Shown in pieces: positions 1 through 12,700 of a DNA stretch of 64,000 bases; within the stretch, counting starts at the first letter, position 1, and the number at the start of each line of letters is the position of its first letter. This stretch comes from Selaginella moellendorffii (taxonomy: Eukaryota > Plantae > Lycopodiophyta). The notes under the pieces are model-generated. The model saw only the letters and a list, made by a program, of their open reading frames with translations. It was not told the origin of the DNA and did not search any database. The stretch covers positions 709,370 through 773,369 of the forward strand of contig NW_003314285.1 in the NCBI RefSeq assembly GCF_000143415.4. Direction: 5' to 3'. Made by a program: the position numbers and the translations under genes.

Positions 1-1266
1 AGTCGCCACTTTCTTGCCATTGGCATCAAGCTAGACAATCATATCTTGGCAACCAGTTTTTCTTGCTACTTTCCTCCAACCTGGGTACATGCTCAGGCAA
101 CATCATTTGGCAATCTAGCAAGTGCAACCCAGCCCTTATACCTGTGCTCCATATTAAGCTGATGACTGCTGCTGGAACTTCACGCTCTTTCTTCCTAAGA
201 ATAACGCCCTCCTGGCAATGAAAGAACTACGGAGACGTCTCTCAAGCTTCAATTTCTTGTGGAGAAAGAGGAGCATGAAAATGTGGATCCAGATACCATA
301 TATTGCAGCTCTCGTCACAGTCGTACAAATGGATCAATGCCTCTCACAGTTAGTCATGGTAATAAGGTCTTCAAGGTCCAACTGACTAACAGGATGTTTC
401 AAGCGGGGTTGGCATTTTTGAGATAATTACAACGACCTCCAGCAGCAAAAGTGATAATCTCATCGGAGATTTGACATGTTCGAGGCGTTTGGTGTATTTC
501 TGAACAAAGCCAAAGAAAATCAGCCCAGTCATCCCTCATATGATCCTCTGCAGCACCCATGAGAGTGGAACAACAGTGGTATTGATCCCCCACTAATTTT
601 GCCCCATAAAATAAGTTATAATTTTGATATTGGGTCAAATACCTGTTGGCCTTATACTTATCAACTTATAAGTGGTCCTGATCAGTTTTTTGAAACTTAT
701 CTCCCTGAAGGGAATAGTTTGCATTCGAATGACAATGGAATCAATTTGTGACCTTAAATTATATGATAAAAATTATTTACCAAAAAAAAGTAATATGGGA
801 AAGTACTAACTGCTATTTGCAAATAAAATCAAGCGGAAGAAAAAGTCCCCACCAGTTCCTTCTCGCACGGTGAAGGAAGGCCGTGTGGCCTTTGTGTTGG
901 AAGATGAACGAACCTTCCGACCACGCAGCCAGCAAATCGTTATAAAATTTGAAGTAAACCAAGAACGAGGGCGTTGCTTGGATTTGGAGTCGGATTGAAC
1001 TTGTGGAAAAGCAATCTGGCAAACCAGAGAGCTGGGTCTACATCTGCTGAGACATAGTAGTTCGTCAAGTGGATTGAACGAAAATAGCTCAGATGCCTTG
1101 GGTTGTGGCTGTGGACCCACGGCTCTCGTAGAACTTTGTATCCAAAGAGCTTGGTCCATTCTGCTCCATTCATAGTAGCAGCAGCATGTGCAAGCCATTC
1201 CTCGGGAGTAGGCATCTCAGGCTGGATGGTTGTGTTGCTCGTCATGGATTTGTTTTCCATGGACAT
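1..1266 (-). pseudogene. Degraded coding-like sequence of unknown family
   Basis: Successive protein-like frames (940-1266, 813-1022, 399-638) are broken by frameshifts and stops. No family recognised. Confidence 0.3.
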
Positions 1267-1659
1267 TGGGCGTGAGCGGTGATGGGGTGATCTGGAGTGA
1301 TTGGAGGCAAGCGGGAGCGCGAGTTAGAGTGACGGTGTGATCCCAGAGGTGACCTCGAGCCATGACGGCGAAATTCCATGAGGTATGGTCTTGAGTGGCA
1401 TGTAAGCGCCCTTCCTCGATATGGCATGTAGTGCTGGTGTTCTCTCCCACGTTGTTGCGCAGTTTTGGAGTACTGCACTTGCGCTGGGATGCTTGCATTG
1501 GTGACATTAATTGAGATGGGAAGGCGTGCAGGACTGTTTGCACATGAGACGGATTGGGCAGCACGGTGGCACCACGCTGGGAGATTGTGCTGATGGAAGA
1601 GGCACTATTGTGGTGAATTGAAAGAAAAAGAAAAAGGAAAAAGGAAGAGGCGCATCTTG

Positions 1660-3262
1660 GCAACTTGCCGCAGCATTCCAGATCGCGGGAGAAGATCAAT
1701 AACGCACTCGTAGCGATCTCCTGTCCAGTCCATTTCTACGGAGCCGTGACGACACCATCGAGCAGCAACCCGGCATCGCTACAAGCCGATAGGACGCTCT
1801 TGAAAGTCACGTGGTCCATGGATCTGGATCGCGCTAAACAGCTCCACTGCTTCTCCGACCTTGTCCGGATTCCTCTCAAAAAGTGCTCTCGCGGTGGAGA
1901 GCCTTCCATAGAGGCTCACCAGTGCAGTGGCGAGGAACGCATCTGGCTCCACTCCAGCGGCAACTATATCATAGTGGATGATCCTGCCGAGCTCAAACCA
2001 GTGGAGCGTTGTGCACGCGTCGATGGCGGTCGAGAACGTGACCTCGTTGGGAGTGGGGAGTTATCCCTTCCAAATTCATGGACTTGAATTGCTGGAGAGC
2101 CTCCGCCGGATTTCCAAGCTGTGCGAATGCTGCCATCATCGAGTTCCAAGTCACAAGGTTTCGCTGCGGCATCTTATCGAAGACGAAGAAGCGAGCGTCC
2201 TCCACGGCAAAGCAGTACCGTCCAGGTGACCACAGTTCTCTCCGGAATCATCGTGAAAAGCAAGCTCGAGTAGGAGGCATCGCTGAGTTGGGCGCGGCTG
2301 AGTTGGTCAGCTATGCTGCGGCATCCTTGCGAAGGCGCTATCAGCGAGATCCATTCGTCCAGCCTTGGCATAAGCTCCTAGCATGATGTTTCCAGAGACT
2401 ATGTCTCGTCCTGGCGGCATGCTCGCAAACAAGCTCTCGGCGTCTTTGAGCTGCTTGGAAGCCACGTTCCATGAAACTATATCTCGCTCCAGCACGAGCT
2501 CAAACATCTTTGCTACGTTTCCAGCTTTAGCTAGAGCCTGCGTTGCCGAGTTCCACGATTCGGCAGTTCTTCCAGGGATTTTGTCGAAAAGACTGCTACA
2601 TTGACGTGAATTCCCACACCGGGCATATGCCGAGATCATTAAGTTCCAGGTGATGGTGCTTCGATCTGGCATGTTTTCGAAGTATACGTTTGCGTTACCA
2701 GTGTTACCACTGTATACGTAGCCTGATCTTATGGTTGTCCAGGTCAGAACGTTGTAGAACGGCATTCTTTGCAGCAAAAGTTTTACGTCCTCAAGTTCTT
2801 CATTTTGCGTAAGCGCTGACAACATTGCATTCCATGCTGCCACGTCTCGGTTCTTTGTAGCATGAAAGATTTGTTTTGCATCACTGGTATTTCCCTATTT
2901 CCCGTATGTTATCATCATAGTTGTGGAAGAAGGAAGGCTGCTTTCGGGGAGAAGATCAAACAAGCCCCTAGCCTCCTCCTTTCACTGCGATCGTGGTGCT
3001 CTAAGTTACCAGCGCGTGCTGAGCCATCTTTCTGAAGATTATATCCGGCAAGTTTTAGCTGTGAATGTAAGCCGCTAGTAGATAGTTCCAGCTGCTGTGC
3101 AATCGAATCGAAGGCCAGTGTGGCAGCCCCGCAGCTTCCATACATTTGGACGAGGAGGTTGCCCATGTAAGTCTCCGGATGGAAGTCATGAGTCTTGAGC
3201 TTCTCCTGACCTTTCCTGTCTCTGAGTAGCGCCTTTGTTCTGCTGCAGGAGGCCCTCTCCAT
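1660..3262 (-). pseudogene. PLS-class PPR pseudogene
   Basis: PPR motifs (GNLLVQMYGSCG, FDKMPQRNLVTWNSMMAAFAQ, RDIVSWN) are spread over several frames (2915-3262, 2307-2843, 1993-2205) with frameshifts. Confidence 0.85.
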
Positions 3263-3333
3263 TAGAAACCATCATTCAGGGCACAAAATTTTCACTATAG
3301 TTAACAAATTATTGATGTACAAAACTAACTCAA

Positions 3334-4242
3334 TTATGGCTTTTGCCACAATAGCAACATTGATTCAGCAGCATAAATCTGTGTTTTCAACTACAAGTCG
3401 AGTAGGAAATATACAATCAGGTTGTGGCTGGCAATAGATATTTGTGAACCAGAAACCTCTACCTAGACTGTCTAGAAGCACCAAATTCCCATCCATTTGG
3501 AGTGTGAGCTTGCATGTACTCCTTCCACCAGTGCTGCTAGACCACAAAACCTTCCACTTCATTGCAGCCAACACCATGTTACAATCCTGCTCCAGTGAGA
3601 ATTCATACTCTGAAACAAGCTTCTCCCCAGCATACACAGCAGAACCCCTTGCTCCCAGCTCTCCACTGACTATGCACGAACCAAAAACGTTACAATCTTG
3701 TTGGTATTCAGGAAATATAGCTGGATCAAACGTGTCTTGACCACTACGATCGTCTTGATCACTTTTACCAGCAATATGTTTGTGGAGAGTAGAATTTCTA
3801 AGAAAATTTAAAGGTAGACCACGAATATCACCGAATAATCCATGCCTATTGTACCGAGAGCAGCTGCTATATGCCATGTGAAGATGAGCCTCAGTTGCAA
3901 CTCGTGAGACCAGATAAATAAAGGCACTTTGTAGCATCAAGCCATATACCTTTCATTGGAGATGGGCGAAGGCTGCAGCTACCATCATTCTCTTGAGTGT
4001 ACAAAATAAGCTTTGAGAAACAATAAAATTTACGATCTTCGTCTATCAGGAGAATCTTTATCCATGTTCTACGAAAGTGATATGTCTGTGGATTTATGTC
4101 CGTATGTATCTGCTAAAAAAATTACTGTCTGCATTGTGTTTATTTGCTCTGAGTCTAGGAAGTATGGGCGAGACCTTTCAGTGAAAGTAACGCAGAAGCA
4201 CGGGATGCATTGCAAGAGCAAAACTAAAAGCCTGAACAACAT
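3334..4242 (-). pseudogene. Frameshifted paralog of the secreted unknown-domain + bulb-type lectin gene
   Basis: Collinear with 4412-5338. Frameshifts at the homopolymer runs ~4115-4121 and ~3952, plus a ~10-bp deletion ~3380. The original end (...ESMLLLWQKP*) is still readable. Confidence 0.85.
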
Positions 4243-4411
4243 ACCTTCGGGCAAATCATGTGTAAAGTTAAATGTGTTTAAAAGACACTTCGGATTTTGT
4301 CTTCCTCGTTGACATGATGTAAATGCCAAAGCAAGGAAAGAAAATCAAATACTTTACTTTAGGTTTGACATTTTGGAAATTGATTTGTTTTTATTAATGG
4401 ACTTAAAAAAC

Positions 4412-5338
4412 TTAAGGCCTTTGCCACAGGAGTTGCATTGATTCTGCAGCATACAGAGACAAATGCCCGGTATTTTCAACTACAAGTTGAGTTAGAAAGA
4501 TACAGTTGGGTTGTGGCTGGCAATAAATGTTTGTGAACCAGAAACCTTCATCTAGACTATCTAAAAGCACCAAATGCCCATCCATTTGTAGCGTGAGCTT
4601 GCATCCACTCTTCCCACCCGTATTGCTCGACCACAAAACCTTCCACTTCATTGCAGACAGCACCATGTTGCAATCTTGCTCCAGCGTGAATTCGTAGTGG
4701 CCATTACCTGAAACAAGCTTCTCTCCAGCATAGAGGATGGATCCTTTTGCTCCTAGCTCTCCACTGGCCATGCACGAAACATAAACGTTACAGTCTTCGT
4801 TGTAACCAAGATATAAATCTGGATCAAAGTATGCCTCACTGCTACCAACTAGATGATTTTCAGTAGTAAAATTATGCATAGAGTTTAAAGGTGGGATAGG
4901 AAAATGGTACCACAAGGAATACTCTATGGCAACCACGCTCGATGTCGCAGATATATGACCATATTTGTAGATTTGGGCCTCCCTAACAATTTGCGAGGCC
5001 AGATAGTCGAAGGCTGGTCGTAGAGTTAACCCAGACACCATCATTGGGGATGGGCGAAGGCTGCAGCTACCATCAGACTCCCTTGTTAGCAAAGTAAGTT
5101 TTGAGAAACAATGGAGCCTACGATTCACGTCTATGCTGAAAATCCTTTTCCATGTTCTTGGAAAATAGTGTGCCTCTGGACGAACATCTTCATCAATGTG
5201 CTGGCGAATACGTGCTTCCAAGCTGTTTACTTGCTGTAGATCTGTCATGAAGTATGGACGGCTTCGTTCGAGAAAAATGACACATGTGACGCAAATGACG
5301 CATTGCCAAAGCAACGCTAACACCCTCAACATCAACAT
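4412..5338 (-). CDS. Secreted protein: unknown N-terminal domain + C-terminal bulb-type (GNA/B-lectin) domain, intronless
   Basis: Hydrophobic signal-like N-terminus (MLMLRVLALLWQCVICVTC). B-lectin motifs LYAGEKLVSGNG, LEQDCNMVL, VLWSSNT, LQMDGHLVL. Start chosen by alignment to the paralog. Confidence 0.8.
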   Translation of the reverse strand: MLMLRVLALLWQCVICVTCVIFLERSRPYFMTDLQQVNSLEARIRQHIDEDVRPEAHYFPRTWKRIFSIDVNRRLHCFSKLTLLTRESDGSCSLRPSPMMVSGLTLRPAFDYLASQIVREAQIYKYGHISATSSVVAIEYSLWYHFPIPPLNSMHNFTTENHLVGSSEAYFDPDLYLGYNEDCNVYVSCMASGELGAKGSILYAGEKLVSGNGHYEFTLEQDCNMVLSAMKWKVLWSSNTGGKSGCKLTLQMDGHLVLLDSLDEGFWFTNIYCQPQPNCIFLTQLVVENTGHLSLYAAESMQLLWQRP

Positions 5339-5691
5339 CTCTTTCGCTAACATATGAGATTTGAGGCTATATAACAACACGAGGCCCACCTTGTTCTTGT
5401 CTTCTTGTTGTGACTTTGTGCTTCTTCTTTTGTCAATAATCAAACTCGTTGTCGGTTAGACGAGACCCAGCAAGAAATGCAACGAGCTCTTTTGCTATTT
5501 TAAAATTTCCAGAGTATGCTATCCATGGCTCGACAAGTGGCATGACCATGCCAATCTCGTGGCGTTCCGTTGGAGCGCAGCTGATATGTTTTATCTTCGC
5601 AGATGGCTACCTGTGTTTCCACCGACCAGAGTGAGCGATTATTTGTAGTCTCCGCAACTCCAAAGAGTCAGTCCACTGCTAAAGGTGAGAA

Positions 5692-7161
5692 ATGTCCGCT
5701 TTATCTTGCAATTTTAGCTCTCTCCATTATTCGATCATGCTCTCCAGATCTCCAGCACCGCTTTCGGGCGATTCCAATCGAAGCAGGAAAAAGATGAGAA
5801 GCAGCATTGTCGCCGCCGCTCCTGCCGCTGAAGACAGGATCACAAAAGCGGCTCCGTTGACCAAGCTCGACCTCGTCGACTACCTCGCCTCTGGTTGCAA
5901 GCCCAAATCACGCTGGAGAATCGGCACCGAGCACGAGAAGTTTGGATTCGATAAGAGCACGCTCAAGCCACTTGACTACCCCCAAATCTCTCAGCTATTC
6001 GAAGGACTCTGTGAAAGATTTAACTGGCAAAAAGAGATGGAGGGTGACAAGGTCACAGGTCTTAAGAAGGATGGACAGAGTATTTCCTTGGAACCTGGTG
6101 GTCAGCTGGAACTCAGTGGTGCTCCCCTCGAAACTCTCCACGCGACTTGTGCCGAGCTCAGCTCTCACCTCTACGAGGTGAAGGCCGTGAGTGAAGAAAT
6201 GGGCGTGGGATTCTTTGGGATGGGCTTCCATCCAAAGTGGCCAGTTGAAGTATTCGACATGATGCCAAAGGGGAGGTTTCAGATCATGAGGAACTACTTG
6301 CCCAAAGTTGGGAAGTTTGGCCTTGACACCATGTTCCGGACGTGCACTGTCCAGGTAAATCTCGACTTTTCATCCGAGGAGGACATGGTTAAAAAGTTTA
6401 GAGTTAGCCTAGCCTTGCAACCGGTTGTCACGGCGATCTTTGCAAACTCGCCATTCACAGAGGGCGCACCGAATGGCTACTTAAGTTACCGGAGTTTGAC
6501 GTACACGGACATGGACGGGGACAGGACCGGTGATCTTCCATTCGTTTTCGAAGACGGGTTTTCTTTCGAGAGGTACGTTGACTACGCTCTTGAAGTGCCC
6601 ATGGTGTTCGTCTACAGGGACGGAAAGCACGTAGATTGTACTGGCCGATCTTTCAAAGACTTTCTCCTTGGGAGGCTACCCGAGCTTCCGGGAGAACTCC
6701 CAACGCTCAGCGACTGGGAGAATCACATCAACACCATCTATCCCGAGGTCCGGCTCAAGAAATACTTGGAGATGAGAGGGGCCGACGAGGGGCCGTGGAA
6801 GAGGCTGTGTGCTTTGCCGGCTTTGTGGGTGGGACTCTTATACGACGAAGAAGCTCTGGAGAGTGCTTATCAGTTGATCGAGGATTGGAGTCGGGCCGAG
6901 CGAGCGATGCTGAGGCGCGAAGCTCCAAAGCTGGGATTGAAGACACGGTTTAGGAACGGGACTTTGAAGGACGTAGCACAAGAAGTGTTGGAGCTGGCAA
7001 AGGAGGGACTGGAAAGAAGGGGTTACAATGAGGTGAAGTTTCTGGAAGGTGTTGCTGAGATTGTGGAAACGGGAGTGACTCCAGCGGAGAGGCTGCTAGA
7101 GTTGTACAATGGTAAGTGGAACAAGTGTGTGGATCCAATGTTCCACGCGCTAGAGTATTAA
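5692..7161 (+). CDS. GSH1: Glutamate-cysteine ligase (plant GSH1-type) homolog, intronless, with transit peptide and divergent acceptor pocket
   Basis: [49 protein letters not shown]. Ser-rich N-terminus followed by IVAA. Confidence 0.92.
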   Translation: MSALSCNFSSLHYSIMLSRSPAPLSGDSNRSRKKMRSSIVAAAPAAEDRITKAAPLTKLDLVDYLASGCKPKSRWRIGTEHEKFGFDKSTLKPLDYPQISQLFEGLCERFNWQKEMEGDKVTGLKKDGQSISLEPGGQLELSGAPLETLHATCAELSSHLYEVKAVSEEMGVGFFGMGFHPKWPVEVFDMMPKGRFQIMRNYLPKVGKFGLDTMFRTCTVQVNLDFSSEEDMVKKFRVSLALQPVVTAIFANSPFTEGAPNGYLSYRSLTYTDMDGDRTGDLPFVFEDGFSFERYVDYALEVPMVFVYRDGKHVDCTGRSFKDFLLGRLPELPGELPTLSDWENHINTIYPEVRLKKYLEMRGADEGPWKRLCALPALWVGLLYDEEALESAYQLIEDWSRAERAMLRREAPKLGLKTRFRNGTLKDVAQEVLELAKEGLERRGYNEVKFLEGVAEIVETGVTPAERLLELYNGKWNKCVDPMFHALEY

Positions 7162-7226
7162 ACAAAGCTTACAAAGCCATAGCTCTTTCCTCTCCTTGTA
7201 AAGTTTGAGAGTTTCCACAAACTGGA

Positions 7227-9176
7227 ATGGGCGGTGGAGCTTTGGGCTTCAAAGAATGTGTTGAAATGCTCAAGTCCTCCCAGTCACCCACGGACGCAAA
7301 GAGCGCCCACGCCCGTGCATTGGACGCCGTACAGTATATGCCCGAATCGGGCACATATCTCTCGAACCTGGTCATCCAAATGTACGGCCGGTGCGGCAGC
7401 GTCCAAAATGCCCGCTGCGCCTTCGATTCCATGCCCGTTAAGAACGCCTTCTCGTGGAACCTCATGCTCGACGCGTGCATCAAGAACGGGTATCTCGAAG
7501 ATGCGAGGAGAATCTTCGACGCCATGCCGGAGCGCGACATTGTCTCGTGGAACGCGATGCTCGCCGCATTTTCCTTGAGAGGGCAGCTTGGAGAAGCGAA
7601 GCTTTTGTTTGAAATCATGCCAGAGAAGGATATAGTTTCATGGAACTCGATTCTTGCGGCATTGGCAAAGTCTGTGCAGTTTAGTGCTGCTAGAGAATTG
7701 TTTGTTTCAATGCCCTTCTGGGATATCGTCTCTTGCAACACATTGCTAGGAATGTATGCCCAGAATGGACATTTTGTGGAAGCAAAGACTCTTTTTCACC
7801 AGATGAGGTATCCAGACATGGTGTCCTACAACACTATGCTCTTAGCATACTCTGAGAGCCGGAGCTACTTCGAGCTTCAGAGTTTGTTCTTACAAATGCC
7901 ATCTTGGAACCAGGTCTCGTATAACACAATGCTGTCGGCATATGCGCAGAGCGAGAATCCAGAAGAATCGAAGTGGATTTTTGATTCCATGCCAGAGAGA
8001 AATTTAGTGTCGTGGAATGCCATGCTCGCTTCATATGCGCAAAACGGGCATCTTGAGTGCTCCAGGTCTTTGTTTGATTCCATGCCACAGCGGAATCTTA
8101 TGTCGTGGAATGGACTGCTAGCAGCATATACTTCGAGCGAATGTTTGCAGGCAGCTAGATGCATTTTTTATTCCATGCCGGAACACAATATAAGCTCGTG
8201 GAATGCTTTACTCACTTCATGTAAGCTTGAGGAATGCACAATGGTTTTTGAAACTATGCAGGAAAGAGACTTAACGTCCTGTAATATAGTTATTTCAGCA
8301 TATGCCCGAAATGGGCATATTTCAGAAGCTAGAACCTTGTTTAACAGCCTGCCAACATGGAATATGATATCTTGTACTACACTAATAGCAGCATATTCGA
8401 AGTATGGAGACATCACAGATGCCAAAGAGCTTTTTGATTGTATGCCAGAAAGAGATATAATAACATGGAACGCTATGCTGTCTGCATATTGCTTGGTAGG
8501 GCATCTTGAAGAAGCGAAGTGTTTGTTTGATCAAATGCCAGATAGAAACCTCGTAACATGGAATGCCATGTTGGCTGCTTTCGCTCAGCATGGACATTTT
8601 GAGGAAGCAAGACCTCTTTTTGGTGGCTTTGTTACCTCTAATGGCTTGCTAACAGCATATGCTTTGTCCGGACATATAGCGCAAGCAGAACAAATATTCT
8701 ACAGTTTACCTGAAAGGAATTGTGTGTCTTGGACCGCAATGCTTACGGCATATGCTAAGAATGGGCAACCTGCAAAGGCCAGGAAACTCTTTCTTTGTAT
8801 ACCTGTAAAAAGCCTTACTACTTGGAATGCATTCCTTTCTCTAAGTGCCCACAATGGGCAAAGCTATCTTGTATTAAGACTGTTTAGAAAGATGGCCATG
8901 GACGGATTTAAGGCTGACAAAAATACAATCACAACTTTACTTCAAGCTTGTAGCAATACAGGTACTGTGAAATCTGGTATTAAATGTTTTCAGTCATCAA
9001 TCTTAGACTATAGCCATGATCAACCCACACAACAACATTTTGGTTGCATTGTACATCTCTTTGGGAGATCTGGATACCTTAATGAAGCATATGAGCTGAT
9101 TGAAAGTATGCCTTACATCCCTGATAAACAGAGTGGACCAGCTTTTTGGATGCTTGTAAACACCAAAAAAACATGA
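7227..9176 (+). CDS. PLS-class PPR protein, frameshifted in the E domain
   Basis: Many MPERDIVSWNAML-type repeats. E-domain continuation EWTSFLDACKH lies in another frame after ~9128. Confidence 0.88.
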   Translation: MGGGALGFKECVEMLKSSQSPTDAKSAHARALDAVQYMPESGTYLSNLVIQMYGRCGSVQNARCAFDSMPVKNAFSWNLMLDACIKNGYLEDARRIFDAMPERDIVSWNAMLAAFSLRGQLGEAKLLFEIMPEKDIVSWNSILAALAKSVQFSAARELFVSMPFWDIVSCNTLLGMYAQNGHFVEAKTLFHQMRYPDMVSYNTMLLAYSESRSYFELQSLFLQMPSWNQVSYNTMLSAYAQSENPEESKWIFDSMPERNLVSWNAMLASYAQNGHLECSRSLFDSMPQRNLMSWNGLLAAYTSSECLQAARCIFYSMPEHNISSWNALLTSCKLEECTMVFETMQERDLTSCNIVISAYARNGHISEARTLFNSLPTWNMISCTTLIAAYSKYGDITDAKELFDCMPERDIITWNAMLSAYCLVGHLEEAKCLFDQMPDRNLVTWNAMLAAFAQHGHFEEARPLFGGFVTSNGLLTAYALSGHIAQAEQIFYSLPERNCVSWTAMLTAYAKNGQPAKARKLFLCIPVKSLTTWNAFLSLSAHNGQSYLVLRLFRKMAMDGFKADKNTITTLLQACSNTGTVKSGIKCFQSSILDYSHDQPTQQHFGCIVHLFGRSGYLNEAYELIESMPYIPDKQSGPAFWMLVNTKKT

Positions 9177-9424
9177 GCGCTGGCATTAGTGCTGCCAAAC
9201 ACTTCAAAACGAAGTGCCTGGATTCCACATATGTTCTTCTTACAGGAGCTATTTAGCACAGTACATAATCAATTTAGAATCTTTAATATAATATTAGTCT
9301 TACTCAGACCAAGGTCCTTAAGCAATATTATTTATAGGAGGTGGTCTGAAAAGAGGTGGTTGAACACCACTTACATCTTAGTCCCATTTTTCAAAGACTA
9401 GGCCATTTGTCCATGAGTAGTCAT

Positions 9425-9780
9425 CCTCGATCCTTCTCAAGTCCATCTCGGACTTCATCTTGGACTCCACCTCAGACTCCTTCTTGGGTCTATTTCAGAC
9501 TTCATCTTGGGCTCCATCTCTGATCTATCTTGGACTTCATCTCAGACTCCATCTTAAGTCCATCTCAGACTCTATCTCGGACTCCATCCCAAACTCCATT
9601 TTGGGTCCATCTCGGGTCCATCTCAAACACCATCTTATGTCTATCTCGGGTCCATTTTGGACTTAAGTCCATCTTGGGTCCATCTTAGACTCCTTTTTGG
9701 ACTCTATCTCTAACTCCTTTTTGGACTCAATTTCGGGCTCCTTCTCGGACTCTATCTCGGGTTCATCTCAGACTCTTCCA
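9425..9780. repeat. Degenerate 12-bp minisatellite (GACTCCATCTYG)
   Basis: Repeated gactccatctcg / gggtccatcttg units. Confidence 0.85.
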
Positions 9781-12700
9781 TGTGTCACGTGTTAGTTCTT
9801 TTGTCCCTTTTTTTTAGAGACTCACTTATTGCTCGTTTCATGCTCATTCCTCGAATACTTCATTGGGAGTTCCACTCCCACTCTCGACTTTTCGAGTTGA
9901 AGCTTTTAATTCAAATGTGTTACCTTCATTTAGCTTTTGCTTCAGCCACTACCACATGGCACCCTTTCGGCTCTAATTGGGGTTTAGGGATTTGTGTCTC
10001 ACATCATAAGCACTATAGTTCATTTCCCTTCTGGGAGGGAGTTGCTTTTGATCATTCCTTTAGATGCCCTTTTTTAGCACTACCTGAGTCTGTGCTCACT
10101 CCCACCCAAGGCTATTAACCCCCAGTCCCAATTTCAACTTAATTTGGAAGCATTACTGGAGAGTTCCTTTAAAACTAGGTTTTAGACCTATACTTTTGGG
10201 GCCCTCGCTCTCCTCCCCTCCCCCCCCACCCCGTCCCCTCCAAGAGATGATTGTTTTTGCGTGCATTAAAGATGGTCTTAACCTTATATTCCTACTCCCC
10301 TTGGATAACTTTGGGTGAAGGTCTCACTTAGTCCTTGTGAAGTGAGTCCTCAAAGTATGACTTGAGTAAAGTCACATAGAATATATAGTGTATTTTCTTT
10401 ATCTTTTAGAGAAGTTGAAGGCGGTAAGCCACTTTACCAATTTGAGTCTTAATTTCATAAGGCTATGCAAATCTACTTAAGGAACCCAAGATCAATTCCA
10501 AGAATACTTGTATTTACCTTTGGGTAAACTTCTAGCTGATCCCACTTAGTAACTTTAGGTTCTTGGTGTTCAGTCACACCTTCTCTTGAAGTTGAAATTC
10601 TACGTTTCGGCATTTTTGGTTTGTATATTTAGTTTGTCTTTATTGAGCCCATTCCAAGGAATCCCTCATTAGATTCTAAATGTTAAATATTTTTGCCGTG
10701 AATGCCTCCACTATAAGTAACTTTCCATAATACTCAACCATGCCAAATTTTATAGGACCTTTAATAACTTGCCCATTGATGACTTCCCATATACTCACCC
10801 TGATACTCAAATGTGGTGAATTGTTATAACACATTTCCACAAGTCCTAAATGATTTACCTAATCAATCTGGTCTTTAGAGACATAGTATCGCAAATAATC
10901 CTCCAGCTGTATATTTACCTTTTTTATTTGTCCATCTGTCAAGAAGTATTATTATTATCATACTTGACTCAATACTCAATATATGTTTGTGGGTAATAGG
11001 TTGTGTTAAATTTTAGTTTGGTGCAATATTGCTTTAGAAGACTTCTCCAAAACCTAATAGTGAAAATCTTATTTTAAAATGAGATAATTTCTTCTGGCCT
11101 TCCCTACACTCGAATCACTTATTTAAAGAATAGCTTTGCTACACTTTCTACATCCACTTCCATTATGGTGGGTATAAAATGTGCCATTTTAAAAAACAAA
11201 TCTACCACCACAAATATTGCATTATACCCCTCATTTGGGGGGAGGGGTATAAAGGGCTCTATTGCATCTCACAAGAGGTCTATTATGACACTTTTTTAAG
11301 ACTATTTTTTTTAGTTCCCCTTGTGGAATATACACTTTTGTCTATTTAGAAATGAGTCCATTGTGTTCCACATAATTCATTTTCTTTTCACTAAGTAGCT
11401 CACATTTTTGGTGGGCATACTACGCCTCTTAGTTCCTCAACAACATTTCTTATGCTAGACCATTATCCCCATATATTATCCACATATCATCCTAAAAAGT
11501 TGTTGTTAGCTTGGATATTGCCAACTTTAAGCTTGTTTTTCAACTTAAAGCATTTGCCACGGTATTACTCTTCCCAGGTTTATATAGAATCTTGCAATTG
11601 AACTCAACTAAAGCATTAGCCCACTAACCCTATTTTCCTTAGAGGTCGAGTTGTGACAAAAAGTGTTTCATTGCCACATTATCTATTTATATTTTAAAAT
11701 TAAAGTAGTGTTACCACTCTATGAGCACATTGACCATTGCAAACAATTCTTGGCAGTATTATAACCTTAGGTCAATTTTTGAGAAGTATTTTTTTTTTCC
11801 CAACTTATCGAATATGTCCTTAATCCTTGATAAAGGGTACTTATTCTTTTTTGTATACTTGTTGAACAACAAATAGTCTATGCACATGCATATAGAGGTA
11901 TCTTTCTTTTTAAAAAGTAACATTAGTGCCTCATATAACAACTTGCTTAATCTAATATACCTTTTATTAACTAACTTCTCAAGTTGGCATTTGAGCTTTT
12001 TGAATATATTTTATCAATCAGGCAAGGGTAATCCCACTAGTAATTCCTCTGATATGGTATCTCGAAATTAGTCAAACACCTATTAAATCACTGAAGGTAC
12101 TTCTTTTGTTCCCATCTTTTTGTCACTCACCACTGAAAGTAAGCATAAAAATGTTACTTTGGTTCATTTAGTGAGTTGCTATTTTGTGGATACCAGATTT
12201 AAGTAGGAGCCTTTGGCTTTACATTGCCCTACCGTTAGATTCTGGGCCTCCACCATGGATTGTTTTCTTTAGGCATTTGCCACTACCATTAGGTTTCTAC
12301 CTTATCTATGCAAGGTGACCATAAACCAATTGAATTAATCCATCCCGAAAATCACGTTAAATCCCGTTATGTCTAAAACAGTGAAATTTATATCCACTTT
12401 CCAAGTCCTTACTTCAACTCTTGTTTGTCGAAGTACCTTATTGGTGCTTTAGCTACCTTAAATAAACTCTATAGTCCTTGGTTCTCTCAACCACTACACC
12501 ATTAATTTGGTTTGCCAAATTATATCTATAGCCACAAAATTATCTGAAACACCTATGTCAATAAAGATTTCAATAAAGTTATCTTTAAACTTCCTTCAAA
12601 GGGCTAATAGATGTTGCAAACAACTCTTTACAAAATTTGCTCATGTAATGAATAACTTTGTATTAGAGATTGGATCATAGACGTTAATTTGGACTTTACC

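Noticed and set aside
9425-9780. CRISPR-like array
   Set aside because: Contiguous 12-bp units without spacers, in a eukaryotic context.
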